The translations under genes were made by a program, and so were the position numbers. Under the pieces are notes generated by a model. It ran no database searches and was not told the DNA's origin. It saw nothing but the letters and a program-made list of their open reading frames with translations. A DNA stretch of 64,000 nt from Chrysomallon squamiferum. Lineage: Eukaryota; Animalia; Mollusca. The DNA is taken from NCBI GenBank assembly GCA_012295275.1, contig CM022669.1, forward strand, positions 18,290,001-18,354,000, given 5' to 3'. Of the stretch, positions 54,208 to 64,000 are shown in pieces (within the stretch, counting starts at the first letter, position 1; each line of letters opens with the position of its first letter).

Positions 54208-55188
54208 TCTAACGCCTTATGTTATAAGAAGAAATACGGTAATGCACGAGTTTACACAACTTAATCTGCAAAGAAAGGTTTCAATGCTCTCTTGCCTTTG
54301 GGAACGATAGCAGAAAAAAAAAAGAAACCCTAAAAAAAGGTCTTATTTTGTGCGTGTGAAAAGTTTTTAAATGGTGAAAACTGGCCTGCCCTTAATATTT
54401 AAATATCAGTGAACGGTTTGCATACACACAAACACCTGATGTCAGCATGATAAAAGGAAACTATCAGAGTATGAAATGTAACGTAATTCACTGCATGGTT
54501 TCAATATGAAGGCCACTTACAAGTCACCGTACAAGACCGAAATAAAGTACGTCGTTATTTTCATAATAGGTCCATAAAATAGGCTTAAAGAAATTTTGTT
54601 TTCTTTATTTTGCTTCATTTCTTGTTGTTGCTGTTCATAAAAAGTGTTTCGGTTTGATTTCCTTTATTCGTATTAGCAAACATATATATATATAAAAAAT
54701 TCTTTTAATTGAAATATATAGACACCAGTAGAAACGATGTCTGTTTTCAGTCATTTATTTGTTATTTTAAATTCATTAAAAGAACCTATTTTTATGGGTT
54801 TCTGAGTGTTTTTTGTTTTGGTTTTTGACGAGGTAATTTCAGAATTATTGAAAGACCTTCTTAATGTTGTTGTTGTTCTTCTTCTTCTCCTTCTCCTTCT
54901 TTTTATTCTGTCGTTGTTGTTGCTGATATTATACTTTATATTGCTAAAGATTTACCGTTATTCTTCTTTGTTGTTGTCGTCACTCGTTTTGTCGCCGTGG
55001 TGGTATTTTAATATACAAATGTTGAAGTATGAAAAATTTAAATGACAACTGTAGGTCAGGTTGACTTTTAGTTGAATATGACTGTACCGTTTAAGAATTT
55101 TTATTTAGGCGTCCCATACACAAATTTCCCGAGTTCATGAATAGGTTCCATAGATTGCTTGGATATTTGAATAATAATAATAATAATA

Positions 55189-55231
<43 letters not shown>

Positions 55232-55446
55232 GTAATAATAATAATGAATTGAAATTCGAGTTTTTAATTTTTATATAATCTAAATTATATAAAGCCTTTA
55301 CAACTGATATTTTTTAACAGTTTTGAATAAAGGTATACGTAATAGAAATTGCTTTTGTAGGAACTAAATGGCACCTTTGGGTGAGCACATACTGTTATAT
55401 GTTTAACAGAACAGGAAAATATAACAGTGACAGCTGTCTCCAATAA

Positions 55447-55448
<2 letters not shown>

Positions 55449-55540
<92 letters not shown>
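55449..55540. repeat. (CT)n microsatellite
   Basis: Pure run. Confidence 0.95.
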
Positions 55541-55542
<2 letters not shown>

Positions 55543-56386
55543 TACCAATCAGTTCGCTTACACTTCATTTGGCAATTCAAAAACACACCAACAATTTTAA
55601 TTCATTTAGGAATTATAATTATCTTAATACCAATCTACATTTTGTTCTTCTCTGAATTTCTATTACCTCCCACTTTTTCTTTGAAATCCTCCTCCCTCCC
55701 TCGCATTTCAATCTAATAACGTCATCAGAATCTTTAAAAAAAATTTACTTCAATATTTCTTCTAACGGGTTCGGAAGATTGGATTTCCTCATCTCAACAT
55801 TTCCGTGGTTGCATTTCTGAGAAGAGCGAGCGACCCCGCGGTCCCCCCCAGGCGCGAGCTCAATTCTTAGGGGGTCGGGTCGACTGGCTGACCTCGCTCG
55901 ATCCGCTCGTGCCCCTGACGTAACACCAATCTGTTTCCAACCAAGTCTTATTTTCGGCGCGTGACACGGCGCTAAACGTACGGGTTCTCGCAGAATGATT
56001 AAATTCTCTAAATTGACAGAATTAACTTTGTGGAAAACAAGGCAGGCAATCTCAAGACTGTCGCGTTTTTGAGAAGGGACAACAAACGGTGACCCAGTTT
56101 CATCCTCGACATGACAGCTCTGACAAGAGATGATCTCCTAATTAACTGTATATGATCCACGTGGCCCCTTCTGTGTCAGAACAGATTCGGTGTGCACGTG
56201 CGTAAAATATTTGAATTCAGTTCATCGATCGAGTAGTTTGTTAAAAAAAAAAAAAAATACGTCGGGTTTTAAAGATATAAGGGTGGATGAATGAAATTGA
56301 CAAATAATAAAAAAAATAAAAAAAAATAAATAAATAAATAAAATAAAAAGAATAAATAAATAAATAACTATAAAATAAACAAATAA

Positions 56387-56417
<31 letters not shown>

Positions 56418-56885
56418 TAAAAACTGAAATAAAATGAAATAGTAGTGCTTTTCTGGACAAGACTGGAATAAAAATTAATTATCATCAGCTTCGTACAGTT
56501 ATATGTAGTACTTCAAACATTTTTCACGTTTCTCGTGTAATAAAAATAATATATCACGAAAATGAAAGCTTGCACATCTTTTACAGTTTGAATTAATAAC
56601 CAGTTTTTCATTTCGGCCATTTTGAAAACTTACTTTTGATCAAAGTGTAATGCTACACACATTAACTTTCATCTATTTAAGTTTTTCTTTTTAATCATTA
56701 TCGATGCATTTATTTATTTATTATATAAATAAATAAATAAATAAATAAACAAATAAATAAAAATATGAATACTGATTTCTTAAACACATACTTCTGTTTT
56801 TAAGTTACAATGCACATAAAAATATCGTCAGAATCGTAAAAACAAACCAAATGTTAATAAATAAATATTATTGCCATCATCATCA

Positions 56886-56932
<47 letters not shown>

Positions 56933-57469
56933 TTATTATAAACAAATTGTCTCTCTTGAAAGTAATTTAAAAAAGCATAAAGAAAGGTGAATCAAAAAAA
57001 AAGTCTTGTGTGTAAATCTTAAGACATCGTTGAATAGAGCTGACTGCTTTTAAGAAATCATTTTTTTATCCTGTCGATTTTCGGCTTAGATGTCCATTGT
57101 CGCCAAGAATGATGTTCGTTTCGCATGCAGCTTGTCGTCTGCTACGAGTTCTGTTGTTTTCTAGATTAGCTCGCGCACCGCACGCGCCACGCAGATCAGC
57201 GCGCGCTTTCTATTTTTTTTCTCCTGCGGTTTTCATTGAACGGCAGTTTTTGTGTTAATGAAATCGCTTTGTGGTTGAACAACTAAAACGAAATTGCGGT
57301 TTGTGGTTTGAAACAAAGACGTTTAATAATTGTGAGCATCGGTGAAGTTTTTTTGTTTTGTTATTTTTTTTGTTGTAATTTCTCCTTAAATTTTTAAAGG
57401 TGTTTGAAGACGGCTTTAAGAGGAGATAAGTTTTTATTAATTAGACTAATATTCATTATTATTATTTTA

Positions 57470-57528
<59 letters not shown>

Positions 57529-57643
57529 AGATTCTTCCTTTTAAAGAAATCATATTTTTATACATAAATTATATTTGCCCAAGAAACATTTGAAATAAAA
57601 TAATTTTCTTTAATACTTCGTTTGGAATCTGTATAATTGATTA

Positions 57644-57647
<4 letters not shown>

Positions 57648-57704
<57 letters not shown>
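57648..57704. repeat. (GA)n microsatellite
   Basis: Pure run. Confidence 0.95.
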
Positions 57705-57706
<2 letters not shown>

Positions 57707-58181
57707 AATAAATAAACTAATACACAGTCTGGGAGAATATATACATAACGTTTTTCTTCTTCTGCTTCAGCGAATAAGTCAAAATAAATAAATAAATATA
57801 TATCGACAAGTCATTTCCGCCTTAATTTCTTTCTTTCTTTCACTTTGTTTATTTATTTTCTAATCATAGAAAAAAAAAAGAAGATAAAAAAAAAACACAA
57901 CAAAAAAAAAAAAAAAACGTACAGAAATTTGTAAAGAAATCCTCAACCATTCTTTTTTGTTCTTCCAAACCAAAAAATGTCATCTTCGACCGGCGTGACA
58001 GCTGTTTTGTTGATTAATCTTTAAAATCATATCTTTTGGGTGTGAAAAATTATGAGAACTGATTGGCGATTGGCCGACTTAGTAATGCACGCGCTAGTTT
58101 ATGGCACGTTGTGGCGCGAAGCTGGAATGAGTCACACCACGGTTTATAAAATATGATCTCCAGAGAGGAGGAAAGGAAAAA

Positions 58182-58212
<31 letters not shown>

Positions 58213-58243
58213 GATGATGAACAGGACGAAATCTAACACAAAG

Positions 58244-58276
<33 letters not shown>

Positions 58277-58389
58277 CCAAAAAATTGATGATTATTCTTC
58301 CAAAAGCTGACCACTTGAAAAATTCACTTCTTTACGGCATAACACACTTTCGAGCGAGAAGTCAATTCGCTAATGAGAGGCGGTTGTGT

Positions 58390-58424
<35 letters not shown>

Positions 58425-58869
58425 CACGGCCTTTTTCTTCTTCTTCTTCTTCTTTTTTTTTTTTTTAAATATTCAATGTTCTCTTTGTTTAGTTTAGAGG
58501 TTAAGAAAAAAAAAGAAAGGGGATGATAAAAGAATTATTAAACGGTCTTGGTCAACAAATGGAATATTGTAATTAGACGAAAATCAGTCACAGATGTGTG
58601 AAAATGAGAGGATTAAATGATTAAGAAGATAAAGAAAAAGAGGATAATGTAAAAGATTAAAGTAACAACTGGAACAGGATTATTAAAAGTCAAATCAAAT
58701 CTTGAAGAGGTGAACAAAAAAAAAAAAAAAAAAAAAATGCAAAGAAAAAACCAATAATGAAACGCTTGAAAGTATTTTGAGTTTGTCGAATCCAAATTGA
58801 GCGTTTTTTTAAATTTGTTTTTTAATTATTTATATTCACATTATTATTTTATTTATTTACATTTGTTTT

Positions 58870-59160
58870 GGTCACTATCATCACAGTAGCTGATGTCTGT
58901 GGACATGATGTCGTCATCAATATTAACACCATGATGATCATTATTATTATTAACATTATCATTAACATCAATGTCAACGTGATAATCACAAACCGCCATA
59001 TTACCATCACAGTATTCATTATCATCATTTTTTACTATAAAACCATCATCATCGTTTTTACCATAAACATCATCATCATCATCATCGTCATCATCATCAT
59101 TACCAGCCGTCCCCATTTCTGGATCACTACCACTGTGGACATCATCATCATCATCATAAA
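58870..59160. repeat. Degenerate (CAT)n tract
   Basis: Direct inspection; explains the poly-D and poly-I ORFs. Confidence 0.85.
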
Positions 59161-59708
59161 CATGGTCGTTGTCGTTCTTAATATTATTGTTCTGTATGTC
59201 ATGTATTTTTTAAATTAGCATCATCACTGACAGGATGATTAGATCATCAAGATGATATCAGAAATTTCACGCTGTCTGGATTGTCAATATTGACACGATT
59301 ATCGTGATCAACGTCGTCGTTTTCATTATTGTTATCTTGTTATCAGCCAGACGTGAGTTTGTAATAATAATATGAAACGAGATGATTGGCGATGATAAAT
59401 AAATAAATAAATAAATAAACAAATACATAAAACAAAACAACGAAATATTACAAGCGAAATGTAATAGAGAAACAAATAATAATAATAATAATAGTAATAA
59501 TAATAATAATAATGATAATAATGATAATAATAATAGTAATAATAATAATAATGATAATAATAACAATAATAATAATAATAATAATAATAAATAATAATAA
59601 TAATAATAAATAAATAAATAAATAAAATTAAAATAAATAAATAATGAAAATATATTTTTTCTCAGTTATTTATGTTTCTTTTATGTAATCATGATAATGT
59701 AAATTGAA

Positions 59709-59739
<31 letters not shown>

Positions 59740-62096
59740 CTCTGTATATTTCATATATTAGAAATATTATAAATTTAAGCTAATTTGAGAATAACATTTT
59801 GCTTTTTGATATATTTCATAATCCGAAAAAAGATGCTTAATTTTTTTTTTTAAACAGTATATATAAATTCAAGCCTATTTTTCAATTAGTCTAATTTCCT
59901 TCAGAAAAAAAAAAAAAAAAAAAAAAAGAAAAGTGGAATATAGCAGAAATTTAAAAAAAAAAAAACTAAAACCGCCCTCACTCTTTACTCACTCTTTCTC
60001 CGTTCAAACACAGCTCTCACGTCATCGGAAACTTTCAGTTCTATTCAAGTAAACCAATTTAATTTAATTCATTAAAAAAAAAAAAAAAAAAAAAAAAACG
60101 AGTTAAAAAATGTGCTGGCTGTAGAGAGAGAGAGAGATTCTTTACCGCACGCTGTTACTCGGGGTTTCCTGTGTACATTTCAACCTTCTTCGTTTTACAT
60201 TAAATATTTGCCCAAGGCCATGGGTGACAAAATTAACTTAATGAACAGGATCGCTGCCTCGTGCTAAGGATTAGCCACGGGCCTTTTGCAGCAGTCCATT
60301 GATGCAAGCGTTAAAACAAAAGCACACAGAAATTTACATCTCCACCATTTTTTTCTTCTTCTTGTCTTCTTTACGTAAATCCCACCGCTGTTTAAACGAA
60401 CAAGTGAATTCTAGCGCCATCATGTGAAAACAGCGACGGGGTTGTCTACCTTTCCCGTCACCCACAAAGCCCCTGCGACGCAGACGAAACGTTTCTAATT
60501 AATCAGCGTATTTGAACACGAATGCTGAAGATTTGTAAGGCTTGTTTAAAACATGGATACTTCCTTTGAGGTCGCGGGTCACTATTTAAAGAGGCACGTT
60601 CGGGATACACGGTTAGAAAAGACCCGGATTAGGTCTCGATCTCGAAAGACGTGACGCTGCTCTTCACTGCTAAAAATACACAAAACGTGGCTTAGTAGTC
60701 TCTCTTTTTCACCTTTTTTTTTTTTTTTTTCTTTTTTGGTCTCTCTCTTTTTTATCTCTCCCTTTTTTTTTTTTTTTTTTTACCTTTTTTTATTTTTTAT
60801 TTCGCTCCTTGAAAAAGAAAACATAACAGGGACAACGAAATTTATAGTGACTTAAACATACTTTTAAATTTATTATTTCGTTCATTGTTTTATCGTTTGG
60901 TTTTGTCTATAATTATTATGATGACACTTACGTTGTTGCATAGTACGTCTATTTGTATTCTTTTGATGTCATTATAATTATGAGATGGAACAGTGTTAAA
61001 TTAAGCAGAAGAGAAAAATATAAATTCGTAAACATATCCATATACATGTGCTAAAAATGCTATAATTTCTAGTAATGCTACAAATAATAATAATAATAAT
61101 AATAATAAAATCAGCAACAACAACAACAATAATAAAATAGTAGTTGTTGTAGTAGCAGTAGTAGTGGTAGTAGTAGTAATAGCTGTAGTAATAATAATAA
61201 TAATAGCTACTTTTTAATGTGTTTGGGAAGACAACCATGTGTGAGGTTGAGAAAGATAAATCACAGATTTAAAAACACTTAAAATGAAAACAATTTACAA
61301 AACATGCCTCTCACATATTTGTCACAGGAGTTTAAAAACATGATTTCGTTTTAACGATTTGACAAATATTTGTTTTTATACGACTGTTTTCTTCTTCTGT
61401 TTTTTGTCTCCTGTTCTTTCTTCGTTTTTTTCTTCTTCTTCTGGTCTCTTCTTTTCACTCTATCGCTTTGAAATGAAGACGAAGAAGAGTTTACGACTAG
61501 TCCACGCTTTCGTTGTAAAACGTTCGTATTGTGTTTCCGACAACAAGTGAAATTCGCAAGCTCCAGTGACAGAGTAAAGTGTTTTACGAGACCCTAAAGA
61601 GGTCTGCGTGTTTTCTCTGAAACTGACCGAGCTTCGTTTCGAAGGAAGCTTATTAAAACATCTGTCTGAACAACCGAATAACACAAACGTTCTCCAGAAG
61701 ACTGGTTTTCCTATATTACGTAACCGAGACACGTTTCAACTAGACTGGTATTTATACACCGCCTCGCTGGCAGATAAACGATTGCGGATTGTGGTCTATC
61801 ATTCTTTTCAGTAGTCAGTTGTTGTTGTTTTGTTCATTTTGTTTTATTATTATTCTTAATGCCTGTTAACAATGCCAGAAAATAATTTCAAACCTCTTTA
61901 ACAGCACTTCCTTACTGAACATGAAAAACATACGTAAAGAAATAAAATCAAGAGTTTTCGTTTGTAAACAGTTCGCACGAGAAGCGACATAATGCTGGGT
62001 CGAAAAAAAAATCCTATCCTATTCATAATGGAAATTTAAATAGAAGAAGAAGAAGAAGAAGAAGAAGAAGAAGAAAAAGATTTATATTCAGGTCTC

Positions 62097-62135
<39 letters not shown>

Positions 62136-62727
62136 GTTATAAATCGCCATAGCATATCATTGAATAACAAATTGCAATTATTCATTATACATAAATATTA
62201 CATGCAATTTGTGTGACCTCATAAAGCGCAGTCCCCAGTTCCAGGTAATTACAACTACGTCGATGCATTATTAATAGGAATCAGCATAAATCCGACGACC
62301 ACGCCAACAAAACGTCATCGACAACTCCCTATCAAATTAGCCATAAATTATCACCCACAATAAAAAGTGTGAATGGTAGACGAACACGCGCTATCAACAT
62401 CGTATTCACGTATCTCTTGGATTCATGCTGGCACCGTGATACTGTTTTTGAAAACTCTTCTCGATTATGTACGGGGATAAGAGAGCCATGAATTATTCAC
62501 GTACGTCGCTCGGTCCGTTTGCATATAATTTCTTTTATTTTTCACACCATCACAAAGACCAACCCGCATTCGTGTCTCTGTATCAATGCGCCATGGTTAA
62601 ACTGCAAAACACTCGAGTTGATACATTATTAAAACTTAAATGCATATTCAGTTTCTGCTATAGATTTGGTCTGTAGAATGGATAGTGCATATCCGAAACG
62701 TAAGGCAACAATGACGCATGGTTTAAT

Positions 62728-62910
62728 AAATAATAGTAGTAATAATAATAATAATAGCAATACTGATCATAATAATAATCATGATCATCATAATAATAAT
62801 CATAATGATAATAATGATGATGATGATGATAATGGTAATGATGATTATAATAGTAATAGTGATGATGTTGATGGTGATGATGATTATGATGATAGTAATA
62901 ATAATAATCC
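62728..62910. repeat. Degenerate (AAT/CAT/GAT)n tract
   Basis: Direct inspection; explains the poly-H/Y and poly-N/D ORFs. Confidence 0.85.
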
Positions 62911-64000
62911 AATAACACTTGCAAGAACAAATTAATAATATAAAATAAGAAATAAATAGATCACCTAACTATATCTACTATTTCTACTACTACTACTGCT
63001 GCTGCTACTACTACTACTACTACTACTAATAATAATAATAATGATAATGACATATAAATAAATAATTTTAAAATAATATATATATATAGATATAGATATA
63101 TATGTACACATACATATACATATACATTATTCCATGTCACAGGATCGATCCTAGTATTACTCTTCACCAGAAAATAATTTGATTTTTTTACGGACGCGGA
63201 GGTAAAAGGCGAGGTTGTCGTCGATGGTTTATCGCTGACCTTAACGCCTCCGTAGTGGGATGAACAACAACGTGTAAGGAATGATGAAGAAAAAGCTCAC
63301 TCCGGCTCGGACATAAATCACGGCTGATGCGATGCCTCGCTTTCGCTCTGTAATTTTAAACCTTCTGGCAATGGCGCGCTATCCGTAGAACCTGTCACGG
63401 GAAAAAAGCAGAAGTCAGATTTAGCACGTGTCGTGATGGTTAGCAGAGGAAGGTGATTTTAATGAGGCACCCGCCAAAAAGAAAAACCCTCTTAACAAGC
63501 AGATGTTGCAAAAGGAGTGAGAAAACAATAATCGGTGAATTTGTTGGTTTTTTTTTTTTTTTTTTTTTTTGCTCTCTCGTTTACTGTGGAATTTCCATCG
63601 TCACCTACAAATATTATCTTTTTTTTTAATTATTATTATTATCTTCTTTTTTTTTTTTATTATCTTTTTTTTTTTTTTTTATAAATTAACCCCCCCCCAA
63701 AACAAGACATTTACTGTAAATATTTAGCATAGGATATTTTGAAACTGGTCAGAAGTATAATGCTAAAAAAGCATTAATAAGTGAATGGAAGAATTAATGT
63801 TTTTTTATGTAGTCACATTTATTAAGTGTCAAACACAGCCGATTCTTTTTATATAATAATCATGTCATGAGAAAACAAAATTCTCTGTTTCCATTACTTT
63901 TTTTCAAAGGGGGATAAAGCAATATATGTATGTATGTATGTATGTATGTGTGTATATATATATATATGTGCGAGCGTGTGTGTGTGGTGTGTGAAGATGT

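Noticed and set aside
61359-61814. Three overlapping non-repeat ORFs of 63-90 aa
   Set aside because: Non-ATG starts, no domain or codon bias; lengths within chance

Overview
This is eukaryotic, very AT-rich DNA saturated with microsatellites, and I can support no protein-coding gene, tRNA, rRNA or CRISPR array in it. Nearly all ORFs in the supplied track are translations of simple repeats: (GA)n gives RERE/SLSL, (AAT)n gives NNN/III/LLL, (TTTA)n gives YLFI. The window alternates roughly 35 islands of 150-900 bp of complex, CpG-retaining sequence with SSR and homopolymer spacers. That layout suggests a gene desert or very long intron holding cis-regulatory modules (inference). Several decayed fragments resemble, from memory and unverified, the tRNA-headed and Meta/MESC-domain SINEs of gastropods, so a mollusc origin is plausible. 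Directly visible structures include three internally palindromic minisatellites (26.5, 29.6-30.0 and 47.2-48.1 kb, the last with a higher-order duplication) and several local duplications. Candidate regulatory signals are a dense nuclear-receptor half-site cassette at 50.4 kb and an ETS/NRF1/YY1 promoter-like cluster at 8.7 kb. Long hairpins occur at 34.4 and 38.1 kb. I found no convincing novel multi-gene system; the findings are leads to test.
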